Positions 1 to 11,329 of a stretch of DNA of 64,000 nt are shown here, one piece after another. Both the position numbers and the translations under genes were made by a program. Position 1 is the first letter of the stretch. Each line of letters starts with the position of its first letter. The stretch is taken from NCBI GenBank assembly GCA_010093995.1, contig ML992509.1, positions 1,015,850 through 1,079,849 on the forward strand, given 5' to 3'. The DNA comes from Elsinoe ampelina. Lineage: Eukaryota. The notes below the pieces were generated by a model. It was given only the letters and a program-made list of their open reading frames with translations, was not told where the DNA came from and searched no databases.

Positions 1-348
1 AGCTTTTCGAGCTGAATTTTGTGTTCATCGTGCTCTCTTGCACTGGCACTGCAATCGATCAGCGTAGTCCGTGATTTATTGTGAGATGAAATACGATTTC
101 CTATCGCCCAGCTGGACGACCTCCTGTCTCATCTGTATAGCCTGCTCCTCATATCTCTCCTCAACTTGCTCTCGCTTCTTGACCTTTTTGTCTTTCATCT
201 TCATGCCACGTTAATATGTAAAATACTCACTCTGATTTATACAAACCTGTTGTTGTAGCTTCTGTAGTTGTTTGGTATGTGTGAATTCATCTTGAGAGGC
301 TTCGGGTGACTGTTCAATAGTCGCAGGCTGGCTTTCTGCTCGTGCCAT
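1..348 (-). CDS. Hypothetical coiled-coil protein, 5' part (runs off the left edge)
   Basis: ATG at 348. Exons 348-247, 198-95 and 48-<1, joined by GT-AG introns 246-199 and 94-49 (CTGAT branch), splice in frame: MARAESQ...KLQQQ|MKDKKVKKREQVEERYEEQ...DRKS|ASAREHDEHKIQLEK. Confidence 0.6.
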
Positions 349-690
349 TATGTGATGACGATAGACGCAAGTGAACAGATTCGCAGAGATACGATCACTG
401 CTTCGATGGATGTCTTGATACGTGGCGAGATCGGTGTCGACGTCGATGGGTGTTCGGTCGTGCAGTAGCAGCTTGAGCTGTGCAAGTGGACGAAATTGCC
501 CCGCCGGAATCCCACCCAAGTGCGAGTCATGGACATGGATGAAATTGCCAAGACTTTGCGGCGCGCTCGTCAAATTTTTGTGAAGTCGCGGGATCGATGC
601 CACCATTCTCAGTGCCGAGTAAGGAGGTGATTAGTCTCGGGACAGATACAACATTCGTTTAGCAGGCTCGTCGCATATCAGGAATCAGTC

Positions 691-1723
691 ATGGGTCTAG
701 CTGGCCCAAAGCGCCGCACGAAGATATCCTCTGATCCCAACAACACCTCCTGGTCATCCCGCACCGACCGATTTGGACACAAGATCCTCACGTCACAAGG
801 ATGGACGCCAGGCTCGTATCTCGGAGCAAGTAACGCAAATCATCAGGAACACTACACCGCTGCCAACGCCTCTCACATACGTGTTCTCTTAAAGGACGAT
901 AACTTGGGACTTGGAGCGAGCAGGAAACGAGAAGGAGCAGAAACATTTGGGCTTGACCAATTCTCCGGCCTGCTGGGAAGACTCAATGGCAAGACTGAGG
1001 AGACTTTGGGTAAAGAGGAGGGGGCGAGACGGGATGTGAGGCTTAGGCTATGGGCGGATCAGAGAGGAGGTGTGCGATTCGTCTCCGCTGGGTTCCTGGT
1101 TGGGGACAAGGTAGAGCAGCTTAAGAGGGAAGAGGTAGAGAGGAAAGATGCTGAAGAGAAGAAGAGGGGCAAGAAGCGGAGGGCTGATGGTAAAGTGAAA
1201 GATGCTGCGGAAACGTCTAACAATACAAGCGTTAGTGTTGGGCACGCCTGCTCAGAAGAGGAGGTTTTGGAGGAGGCTGTGGAGGCTGTGGCTTCAGACA
1301 ACGGCGACATAGGCGAGCAAGCGTCTAAGCGACGGCGGAAAGAGGAGAAGCGAAAACGCAAGGCAGAGAGAGCGCTGCGCAAGGAAGAGAAGCGATTACG
1401 GCGGGCTGCAAAGGAAGCCAAAAGGCGGGAGCGAGAAGGGGCGATATCTGTCACTTCTGCGTCCCCGTCTGTGCAAGGGACAAGTGGGACTTCGACGCCA
1501 GATACAGCGGAGGGGAATGTGAGAGTGAAATCTTCCGAGTCTGATGGTCCGAAACAGACACAAACGATACCCAGGAGGATGATCAGATCACGGTACATTC
1601 AGCAGAAAAGGATGGCCGGGCTGGACCCGCAAGCACTCAAAGAGGTAAGCCGCTGGATTCATATGCCCAAGGATTGCATCTCTGACTTGACTATAGATAT
1701 TTATGATCAAGACTCCTTCATGA
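691..1723 (+). CDS. PXR1: G-patch ribosome biogenesis protein Pxr1/Gno1 (PinX1)
   Basis: MGLAGPKRRTKIS.DPNNT.W N-terminus, G-patch (FGHKILTSQGW...KDDNLGLGA) and KKE-rich region. Intron 1645-1696 (GTAAGC..CTGAC..TAG) gives the conserved end LKE|IFMIKTPS*. Confidence 0.92.
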
Positions 1724-2102
1724 TTGACTCGCGTATGCTATGGGAGGGCATTGTGCGCAGCCTAGACAAATATAGACGAATGCATAATGACAACAGCCCG
1801 CTAGACGCTAGAGCTCACCCTTCAATTTACGCATTGAGGCTGAAGATGTCCTCAAGTCTCAGAACCAAGCAAAGTGCTCCGTCTCATTGGCAGATGATCA
1901 TTGTGCTAGGAACCTTCCACCTTCACCTTCACGTCTATTGCATCACTTCGCGCTAAGTCCAGTAAATCCGACGCCACCAGGCGGCGATCGCTCGCCGCCC
2001 GGCAGAAAGCTATCATGCTTGACATGCATTTCATTTTCACGTTCTTTTCTCCATCGCATACCGATTCACGTGCGGTCACGTACACCTGCATGAGCCTGAA
2101 CG

Positions 2103-5100
2103 ATGGCGTCAACGGTCCTTGCAGGCCGGGTAATTCGTTCGGAGGACGTCCGATCCAAAAGCGTTCGCGTCAGCCCAGACGATGAACAACTCCGTGTATT
2201 CCACTCGTCAATTCTAAATCCACAAGCTGAGGAGCCGCCTCGAAAACGGCTCAAGATTGAACATCAGTCCGAAGACGAAGGTATAACGCCAAAACATCAA
2301 GAGCAGCCCTCCATCCCGATAGCTCAAATTACTCTTCATCTCCTTGATGCTCCCGAAACTCCAAGCATCTCGCCACTATCACAAGGTACTGATGGAGTAG
2401 AAATCACCTTCGTCCAATTCGAATCCCGGGGTCAAGGACAAGCGACCTTGAAGCTCTCGAGAGCCGATGTGAAAACCGCGAAGGCTGAAGTCGAGGTCAC
2501 CCTAGATCATGCTATCGACACGAGGACTCTTGATGACCTAGGTCGTGTTGCGCAACTCCAGCGTCGTGCGAAATCTTCAAACTCATCTGCAGTCGCTTAC
2601 TCTCGAGTGGAGCTCATGAGATGCCCGGCAAAGAAGAGCGGACAACCCGGAAAAATGCATTTCGCGCTCAACTGCACAATATACTGGCCGGATGGTGCCG
2701 CTGGGCCGCCGGAAACGTCGCAGAATGTGCTTGACCGGGAGATTCTTGTGCGCTACTTCGCGATTCCGGTCTTTCTGAAGCAATTGGAACGCGGAGGTCG
2801 CAAGAAAATCGTCCATGAGAAGACAGTGACGCCGCAAGAGTTCTACGATGCTGTCTACGTTCCCGACAAGTCACTCCCGGTTCCTCATTCGATCGATCAA
2901 AGTGGTATACATGCAGATCTGTACCCGTTTCAAAAGAGAGCCGTCACCTGGATGTTGCAACGAGAACAAGCTGACGTAGTCGCCTCGGCGACCACCGGGC
3001 CACAAGTCACCCCAAATGGTTCGTGGCGTCAGGTCCATGATGCCACCGGTGCCACTTGCTACATCAGCGATCTCGAGTGTGTTCTGATCTCTCCGGAGGC
3101 CTTGCAACGCCGATCTGATATCACAGGCGGCATTCTATCCGAAGAGATGGGGTTGGGCAAGACCTGCGAATTGCTTGCATTGATTTGCACCCATAAGAGA
3201 TCACCGAGCTCAGCTCTTCAGGCAGGTCTCACTGCTAGTAAGGCTACCTTGGTCGTGACGCCCACCACCATTCTCCAGCAGTGGAAGGATGAGATTACAA
3301 GACACGCTCCACACTTGCGATGGGCACATTACGAAGGCATGTCATCACTTACAAAGACCATCAAGAAAAACAGGCAGACAGAACAGGATGTGGTGAACTC
3401 TTTCAGCGACATTGACATTGTCCTAGTAACCTACAACGTTCTCGCGAGTGAGATTCACTTCGCTGTAGATCCACCCGAACGTGGACTTCGGCGCAAGAAC
3501 TATGAACAGCAACGTCCGAAAAGTCCATTAGTGCAGCTCGAATGGTGGAGAGTGTGTCTGGACGAAGCACAAATGGTCGAGTCAGGAGTAAGCAAAGCAG
3601 CACAGACCGCCTCACTCATTCCCAGACAAAACGCATGGGCCGTGTCCGGAACGCCAGTCAAGAAAGATGTCCAGGATCTGCGTGGATTGCTGATATTCCT
3701 TGGGTACGAGCCATTCGCTAGCTCTTCGGAAGCCTGGAAGCGACTAGTCACTTACCATGAGACGTTTGACGCAGAGTTCAAGGATATTTTCGGCAGCATC
3801 GCCTTACGCCACACAAAAGATCGCATCCGAAGTGAACTCCGCCTACCCCCGCAGCGACGAGTGGTTGTTACAATGCCCTTCACTACTATCGAAGAGCAGA
3901 ATTACACGAACCTCTTCGAGCAGATGGCTGAGGAATGTGGTCTTCTTACCGATGGCTCTCCTGCATCGGGTCTTTGGGATCCAGAAGATGCCCGAACGGT
4001 CGAGAAGATGAGGGAATGGCTTGTCCGACTGCGACAAACCTGCCTCCATCCGCAAGTCGGCTCACGCAATAAGCGTGCGCTAGGAAGATCTGGTGGCGGA
4101 CCACTGCGGACTGTGGAAGAGGTGCTTGGAGTCATGATCGAACAGAATGAGACTGCCATCAATACTGAGGCTCGCATGTCGGTCACCACACTGTGCCTCA
4201 AAGGTCACATCATCGCCAACGCCAAGAACATCGGCAATCGAGCAGAGCAGGCTCTCAAGTACTATCGGCAAGCGCTCCAGCAAGCTGAAGCTTTAGTCAT
4301 AGACGCTCGCGACGAACTAGCTAAGCTGCCAGCCCAGAACCCAAAGGAGGTAGCTATCGAGGATGACAACGATGAAGATTCTCCGGAACGCAAGAAGCGA
4401 GGACAGCTTCGCAACCATCTCCGTAATGTCCTCGAGCTGGAACATATGTGCCAATTCTTCATCGGTACGGCTTACTTCCAGATGAAGTCGGCTGACGGCA
4501 TCGAGGAGAATGGGGATCGATGGAATGAACTCGAAGTCGACGAAGTCAAACATTACGATCTTGCAAAAGTCATTCGTCGTGAGATACTGCTCGAGACTTC
4601 ACAACGAGCTGAGGCCATCATGACCAAAGTTCGCAATGCTAATGCAGAGCATATCGGAGATGGTCTTCCGTCTACCCTGGACTTCGCATCTTATGGTGGC
4701 ATTGAAAGTCAGAGACTTGTGGAGAAGGCAGACCGATTGTCAAGCATTCTCGAGCGTCAGACAGAGCTCTTAAAGGATTGGCGGACGAAGATCGTGGATC
4801 TTCTTGCGAAACAACTGGTCGATGTCGAGGACAATGAGATTACTGGAGATGAATACGAAGACAGTACCAAGCAGCAAGAGGATCTCTATGCATATTTTGA
4901 TGCATACAGAGCCGTGGTTGCAGACCGTGAAACTTGCATCACCGGTCAAACAAACACGCTTGTGAACCACGAAATGACGCAGCTTCGCAAAGACTTGCGC
5001 CTACGGGATCTCGATGATGAGAGAGAAGGAAGAGAACCGCCGCCATCTCGCGAATTCACGCGCGGCTTACTCAGTCAAAGGGATAGCGTCAAGCAAGAAG

Positions 5101-6635
5101 GTGATGCAATCCTCTCGCTTCGAGGTCTCATCGGTGAGGCAAGGACCACCGAGGGCAACCTACAATGGGCCGGCAACGAGAGCGCCCGCAGTCGAGGCGA
5201 AGTTGCGCTTGTCAAGAAGTTGATGAATCAGCTGCAGGCGATGAGCGAGGCTTACTCCAAGCTGCAGCTTCGATTCGAAAAGGATCAAGAACTCTTCAAG
5301 AATTCCATGAATCAGAGGCTGGAGTTCTACCGTCAGCTGCAGCAGCTGTCTGATACTGTGGCTCCATGGAGGGAAGAGCAAGATGAAACACTGGATCTGC
5401 GAGAATTCGATGCCGCCTCCATTCGTTTGAACAAGACAGAGACATCATTGTCGACTTTGCGTTCGAAGCGTCGCTTCCTACTTCATCTTCGAGAGCAGTC
5501 AAACGACGAGGCCGAACGCATCTGTGTCATCTGCCAGCAGAATTTCGAGCAGGGCGTCTTGACAATATGTGGACACCAGTTCTGTAAGGACTGTATCAAC
5601 CTTTGGTATCGAGAGCACCGTACCTGCCCGGTTTGCAAGAGGGGCCTTAAATCTGTCGATTTCCACAACATCACTTACAAACCCCGCGAGCTCAGAGCGC
5701 ACGAAGAGATCCATCCGACTGCAGATTCTGCGGACGAAGGCTCGAGCTCGTCGACTAGCACACCTGATCCAGTTGGTAACACAAAAATTTACGACAGCAT
5801 GGCGGCATCGGATCTCACAGCCATCAAGGCCATCGATCTACCGTCGAACAGATCATTTGGTACCAAAATTGACACCATCTCTCGTCACCTTTTGCACATT
5901 CGTCGCGCAGAGCCTGGAAGCAAAACACTGATCTTCTCCCAGTACCGCGACTTTCTATCTGTCTTGTCTTCTGCTCTGTCGACCTTTGGCATCACCTATG
6001 TCTCTATCTCGGCAAAAGACAGTATCACAAAGTTTCGTGAGGACCCCAGCATCGAAGTGTTTCTGCTGGACGCAAAGACCGATTCGTCCGGTCTCAATCT
6101 GGTCAATGCGACCAATGTCATGCTGTGCGAGCCGTTAGTCAACCCTAGCATTGAATTGCAAGCCATCGCGCGTGTGCATCGAATTGGTCAAACCAGAGCG
6201 ACCAGTGTATTCATGTACCTTGTTAACGGCACGGTGGAAGAGAGCGTGTACGAGGTTAGCGTTAAGCGAAGGCTGGAGATCATGCATCGTTCGAGAGAGG
6301 ATAAGTCAGGAAGCCGGAGTGCAAGCCGCGGCACCACACCTGCGCTCGGAGGAGAAGTGGACAAGGCCGAGCGATTGGAGATGCAGTCTGAGGGAATGGA
6401 AAAGCTGCTCGGCAAAGGCAAGAGTGGCGGCGAGAATGTTAAGGCGGAGGACCTATGGAAGTGTCTCTTCGGCGTGGCAAGCAGGCAGGTGACTGTGAGG
6501 GAGAACAACCTTGTGGTGGACGGAGAAGATGTGAATAGCTTCGTCACTGCTGCTGAAGGTGGCGCTGCGAGAGACGAGGTGGCTAGGTTCGTGAGAGCCG
6601 GTGCAGCTGACCAGAGACGTGAGGGAGGGTCGTAG
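2103..6635 (+). CDS. IRC20: SNF2-family helicase / RING E3 ubiquitin ligase (Irc20/SHPRH-like)
   Basis: LYPFQKRAVTWM, GGILSEEMGLGKT, WWRVCLDEAQMVE, AVSGTP, RING (CVICQ...CGHQFCKDC...CPVCK), and helicase C-terminus SGLNLVNA...QAIARVHRIGQ. Confidence 0.9.
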   Translation: MASTVLAGRVIRSEDVRSKSVRVSPDDEQLRVFHSSILNPQAEEPPRKRLKIEHQSEDEGITPKHQEQPSIPIAQITLHLLDAPETPSISPLSQGTDGVEITFVQFESRGQGQATLKLSRADVKTAKAEVEVTLDHAIDTRTLDDLGRVAQLQRRAKSSNSSAVAYSRVELMRCPAKKSGQPGKMHFALNCTIYWPDGAAGPPETSQNVLDREILVRYFAIPVFLKQLERGGRKKIVHEKTVTPQEFYDAVYVPDKSLPVPHSIDQSGIHADLYPFQKRAVTWMLQREQADVVASATTGPQVTPNGSWRQVHDATGATCYISDLECVLISPEALQRRSDITGGILSEEMGLGKTCELLALICTHKRSPSSALQAGLTASKATLVVTPTTILQQWKDEITRHAPHLRWAHYEGMSSLTKTIKKNRQTEQDVVNSFSDIDIVLVTYNVLASEIHFAVDPPERGLRRKNYEQQRPKSPLVQLEWWRVCLDEAQMVESGVSKAAQTASLIPRQNAWAVSGTPVKKDVQDLRGLLIFLGYEPFASSSEAWKRLVTYHETFDAEFKDIFGSIALRHTKDRIRSELRLPPQRRVVVTMPFTTIEEQNYTNLFEQMAEECGLLTDGSPASGLWDPEDARTVEKMREWLVRLRQTCLHPQVGSRNKRALGRSGGGPLRTVEEVLGVMIEQNETAINTEARMSVTTLCLKGHIIANAKNIGNRAEQALKYYRQALQQAEALVIDARDELAKLPAQNPKEVAIEDDNDEDSPERKKRGQLRNHLRNVLELEHMCQFFIGTAYFQMKSADGIEENGDRWNELEVDEVKHYDLAKVIRREILLETSQRAEAIMTKVRNANAEHIGDGLPSTLDFASYGGIESQRLVEKADRLSSILERQTELLKDWRTKIVDLLAKQLVDVEDNEITGDEYEDSTKQQEDLYAYFDAYRAVVADRETCITGQTNTLVNHEMTQLRKDLRLRDLDDEREGREPPPSREFTRGLLSQRDSVKQEGDAILSLRGLIGEARTTEGNLQWAGNESARSRGEVALVKKLMNQLQAMSEAYSKLQLRFEKDQELFKNSMNQRLEFYRQLQQLSDTVAPWREEQDETLDLREFDAASIRLNKTETSLSTLRSKRRFLLHLREQSNDEAERICVICQQNFEQGVLTICGHQFCKDCINLWYREHRTCPVCKRGLKSVDFHNITYKPRELRAHEEIHPTADSADEGSSSSTSTPDPVGNTKIYDSMAASDLTAIKAIDLPSNRSFGTKIDTISRHLLHIRRAEPGSKTLIFSQYRDFLSVLSSALSTFGITYVSISAKDSITKFREDPSIEVFLLDAKTDSSGLNLVNATNVMLCEPLVNPSIELQAIARVHRIGQTRATSVFMYLVNGTVEESVYEVSVKRRLEIMHRSREDKSGSRSASRGTTPALGGEVDKAERLEMQSEGMEKLLGKGKSGGENVKAEDLWKCLFGVASRQVTVRENNLVVDGEDVNSFVTAAEGGAARDEVARFVRAGAADQRREGGS

Positions 6636-7302
6636 ACCACTTCATGGTCATGCTTCACATGGCTGAGGGGGTTACTCGAGCGCCAGTCTCAGCCAGACAA
6701 GGGCTTTGTTGGGTTTCAAAAGGCGTTTCGCAGGACTAGATACCCATGCTTTACCAACAGTACTATAGAGCTCGTATGATACCTGATAGCATACTCCAGT
6801 CAACAACCACTTCCCCCTGCCCGCAACATCACTTCCCACAGCCCTAGACGCGCACGACGGACTTCACCACAGACCTCCCAATTTCGCAAGCAAACCAACC
6901 CATCGTGAAGTCAGAAATCCCCCCTCTTTTTCAGCCAATTCACCTCAATTCCCCGTACGTCCACTCCGTCCCGCCTCCGCCCTCAAAATAAAGTGCCTCA
7001 CGGTCCGCACTCCGCCCTGCCGTCCCTGTCCCCGCTAACGACTAGTAGCTCCATGACACATCCCTCGCACACCCACATGCCCGACCAACGCTAGCTCCAT
7101 CGAACAATCCCGTCCCCATCGACACATCGGATGCTTTTCGACGATGTCGACGCGTGATGATCCCGGGCTAGCGGCAGGGGCGCGAGGGAATACGATTGCG
7201 CTGCTCACCGCCTGCGCGACTGGGGAGGAGTCTTCGTCGATCAGCGATGCGCGTCGGGGCATGGGGCATGGGTGGGTTTAGTTTACGTTTTGACTGGGTC
7301 TG

Positions 7303-7337
7303 TATGGTAGTATATTTTTACACTTGTCGCAAAACTC
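7303..7337 (+). repeat. Left terminal inverted repeat
   Basis: TATGGTAGTATATTTTTACACTTGTCGCAAAACTC. Confidence 0.92.
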
Positions 7338-7534
7338 CTCGCGGCCGCACTCCGCATTAGGATAATCTCTTTTACTAAAAGGGTCAACTGCACCAATATT
7401 AATTATTATTGTATCGCATTAGATGTAAGTTAGTCAGCATTAAATTCTCTATCGTTTAATGTACATTTCATTATAAATCTCACATTAGTCGTTGCGTAAT
7501 TGTGCTCTATAATTTTTCTTAGCCTACATAAATA

Positions 7535-9200
7535 ATGCCTCGACTAGCGATTAATCTTAACAACTAGCAGCCGACAATTATAGAGTGGATATCTTTAGAG
7601 CGCTTTATAAGGGACGAAGTAGTTAAGAGGCTTTAAGAAGAGTATAGTATTACTATTAGTAGAGGTACTCTTATGTAATAATTAAAGAATTAGAGAGTAT
7701 TAGCCTATCTAAAGGTAAAGGACACCTTAGCGCTCCGCGACGATATATAGAGATACTTCTCCGATTACTATATCGACGACCCTTATATACTTAGTTATCT
7801 TTAAGACAATAGCTATAAACTTAGCCTAAGAGCTCTCTACTACATCTAGTAGGAGATAGGTCTATATAAGTAGGTAGGCTACAGCAACGACGACAAAGAG
7901 CATAGGGACGCTACACTACTAGAGGTACTATAGTATAAGTATAAGTAAGGTAGTATTAAGGCTTATAGTCGAGGGATAATATATATATATATATAAGTAA
8001 GGTATAATATTATTAGAATATATATACGATTCTAGGGGTCCGAATCGCTATACGAATCGCTAAATTATCTCGTAGTTACTATATAGCTAAAATCGCTAGG
8101 TTCCTCTATCTAGAGGATTTTAAGTACTACTGCTACTACGTACGAGTTAATTAGCCTATCTAGTATTCTCTAGGGCTAGATTTTATATAGTATCTAGATA
8201 CTCACTATAAGTTTAAGCATTAGGGGATCTAGATATATAGTGTAATTGACGCTTAGTTACAATAGCTTATCTAGATCTATTATAGTATATCTAGACGAAC
8301 TTAGCGCTTAGTTACTACTTAATATCTCGCTACTATTACTACTTAAGGCGTAATACTATTAAGGCTTATTATAGACTATAGTACTAAGACTATCTAAGTC
8401 GCTAATCTTTATTACGACCTCCGCCGAGAGATTAAGCCTATTATAGACGAGTCTAGAGGACCCTTAAGCTTTAAAGACTACTTTAGGTATAGTACCTTAC
8501 GCTCGAACTAGTAGATTAAGGTATACTAGAGCTAGTAGGCACGATAGCTAGACCCCTAGAGGGCTTATTTTATCGATCTAGTAGCTAATTAAGGATTTAA
8601 TGCCTCTTCTAAGGTAGATAGAATTACCTTCCTTATAGTCTATATACTAATTATATAGTAAGAGGTAGTAACCTTTACCTAGACCTATAACTACTAGAGT
8701 ATCTATAATTAGTTAAGGAGGAGGCTATAGACTATACTAGGGATACTAGAGCTTAATTATAACTACCTAGAGCGTTAAGGAGAGATATATAGTAGTATTC
8801 TACTACCGATTAAATTAGTTAAGGGATACTAGGAAGTAGTAGAAAATTTTAGTAAGCGACTTATAGATAGAATCGCCGACGAATCGCAAACTTATAGATT
8901 AATAGATATTAATAAATACCTACCTTATACTACTCTTTAGTAGTGTTTAAGGGCCCTTAAGATTAGTAGGTTTACCGATTTTAACGGTGTAACTATTTAT
9001 AATAATAGTAATAAAGTATATATTACTACTTACTAGTATCTCTATAATAAAGTCTAATTCTACTTCGTAATAGGTGTTAAGCCTATCCTATATAAATTAG
9101 ACCGTCTATATATACTAGATCGTAGTCGGTAGAGGTCGTTTACGCTATTAGAGTAATTTTTAAGGGTTTAGGAGAGGGAGGCTACTAGAATTACTAAGTG
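7535..9200 (+). pseudogene. RIP-mutated transposase: Clr5-like N-terminus + integrase-core (DDE) domain
   Basis: ATG at 7535 (MPR.AI.L..W). De-RIPed motifs LD(A)H(C)KF.HWGIQIY..IDAWSR at ~8194-8262, D(R)GTET at ~8373 and GTSRSNQ.IE.YW at ~8491-8530. Many TAG/TAA codons derive from TGG/CAG/CAA. 3' end approximate. Confidence 0.75.
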
Positions 9201-10276
9201 AATCGCACTAATAACTCGGCGTATCTACACTAGTAATTACTAATATAAAGAGGCGTTCCCTCGTTTATTTCGCATCCCTCTTCTACCTTATTTCTTTTCT
9301 ATTTATTATAGCTTTAATTACTAATATTTAGGTAGCTCTCTACCTAGTTACTCTAATAGCCTTCTCCTATAATAATATAATTAAGAATTATGTAAAGTGT
9401 AGATTCTACGACGTAATTAATCCTTTCTATCGTAGTAGTAAATAGCCTTTCTAGCGAGAATCGATAGCTACGCTAATCTCGTTATTATATAAAGTATTAG
9501 TCGTATATTAGTAAGTCGGTACTACGAGTTACAGCGATTCGACTCGCCTCCCCCTAGTCGTACTCCTCTCTATAATCCCCTTATTGTCGGCCTTATAAGC
9601 CTCGTCGTCGTCTTAGGGCTTAAGTAAGCCTATCGGCTATATTATTACTACCGCTAACCTTTACTATAATAGAGTAATAAAGCTACTAGCTACTACCTAT
9701 ATAGTAGCCTCGAAGTCTAAGGCTACTAGGCCTATAGCTCCTCTAGCTAAGAAGCTAAAGTAGTCGACGCGTATAGCTATCGAGATATAGAAGGTAACGC
9801 GTAGATTAATATTAGGTAGCGATCTAGTCTATAAGAAGGCTCTTCTTAATACCTATAATAATACGCTCTAGTTAGATACTATCCTCTCTACGATTTTAGT
9901 TAGCGATTTAAACTATCGCTACTAGCTACGTAACTTATTAGCCTATTACTCTAAGAAGGAAGCCTATTTCGATCCTTAGTAGTATAGTAAAGACATATTT
10001 AAGAGCTACGTAGACTACTACCTTATCGATAAGTTTAACTACTCTAATAAGCCTATCTAATTAGTACGAAATACTCTAGAAAGGGAGTACCTCAAGGATC
10101 TACTTAAGGCCTTTAGTACTACTAGTAGTAGTAGTAATAGGAGGTGTAACATTAAGCTTATATACGAGTGTTAGAGTAGTAAGGTTATAGACTAGCTAGC
10201 GGAGGAGGTGCCTATCTTCCTTAGGGCCCCTTTATCGAATTGTAGCTTAATCGCCTCTAAATTATATACTAGGGGC

Positions 10277-10372
10277 CTATCTCGTACTCTATCTCGCGCT
10301 CTATCTTACGTACTATCTTACGCCCTATCTCGCGCTCTATCTTGTATACTATCTTATAATCTATCTCGGTAC
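10277..10372 (+). repeat. 12-bp tandem repeat x8 (ctatctcgcgct-like)
   Basis: ctatctcgtact ctatctcgcgct ctatcttacgta ctatcttacgcc ctatctcgcgct ... Confidence 0.8.
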
Positions 10373-10423
10373 GCAAACTAGATATTATCTCGTCTATCTA
10401 GGAGATCTTATTATCTAGCTTAT

Positions 10424-10515
10424 AAACTAGATCGTAAACTAGATCGCGAACTAGATAATAAACTAGATAATTAACTAGATAACGAACTAGATTTCGACCT
10501 AGATCTTAACCTAGC
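10424..10515 (+). repeat. 12-bp tandem repeat x7-8 (raactagatnnn)
   Basis: aaactagatcgt aaactagatcgc gaactagataat aaactagataat taactagataac gaactagatttc gacctagatctt. Confidence 0.8.
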
Positions 10516-11329
10516 GCCCTCTTTAGCTTAAGAACGATCTAGTTAATTATCTCGCTACGTATCTAAGCGTCCTATTATTCGCTCTAATAAAGAGATTATA
10601 GCGTTAATTCGCGCTTACTCGCGGTCTATAATTAATATAAGGCTAAAGAAAATTGCTAAGCGATTCGGCCCTAATAAATTGCTATATAAATCGTTAATTA
10701 GTAGAATCTCTTAGTTCGAGAGGGAGTTTATTAACTATAACGCTAATACCTCTCTAGGCTTTACGCTAGCGCCGCTAGCTAAGATAACTAAGCTAAGTTA
10801 AGGGAGGATTAATATTAAGGACAAGCGGAGTTAGCTATTATAGATAGTAGATCTAAACTAACTACTAACCTCTTTTACTATTATAGATTTAAGCACTAGT
10901 AACTTTTAATAGATAGAACTAACTATAGTAACTAAATCTAGGAGTTAGAGCGCGTTTCCGACTCTAATACTATCTAACTACTTCTACGTCTTTAACTCTA
11001 TAGAGACTAACCTACTCTTAGAGAACTCCCTAAGCGCTATATCCGCCTCTACTACTACTACTACGTAACTAGAGTAGGTAAAAAATAGCTAGATTAATTG
11101 CTCTTATCGAGAATAATTACTAGATATAAATATTATATAGCTAGGAGATTTCTAGAGTAGCGCGCTAAGTAATACGTAAGTAGTAAGTATTAGGAGAAGT
11201 AGGTAGAGGACTAAGCTAATAGAGAAGATAAGATAAAAGGTAGATAGATAGTAAGAAAGGCCTAGATTTGCTCCTTAGGTATTATAATACAACTAAACGC
11301 TACGCTAATTATTATAGTTTATAATTATA

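Larger units (their letters stand above)
9310..11150 (+). pseudogene. RIP-mutated accessory ORF2 of the transposon
   Basis: Codon-like periodicity, intron-like GTAAG..CTAAC..AG at ~9624-9672, possible CxxC (KC[G]F[C]D, ~9395-9412) and two in-frame 12-bp arrays. Boundaries approximate. Confidence 0.45.

Noticed and set aside
1645..1956. C-terminal extension of the 421-aa PXR1 ORF
   Set aside because: Read-through of a canonical intron; the spliced form ends at 1723 with the conserved EIFMIK.
7979..7996. (TA)n microsatellite
   Set aside because: Most simply a RIP product of CA/TG-containing sequence.
10277..10515. CRISPR-like or telomeric array
   Set aside because: Spacer-less 12-bp tandem units inside a eukaryotic TE relic; not TTAGGG.
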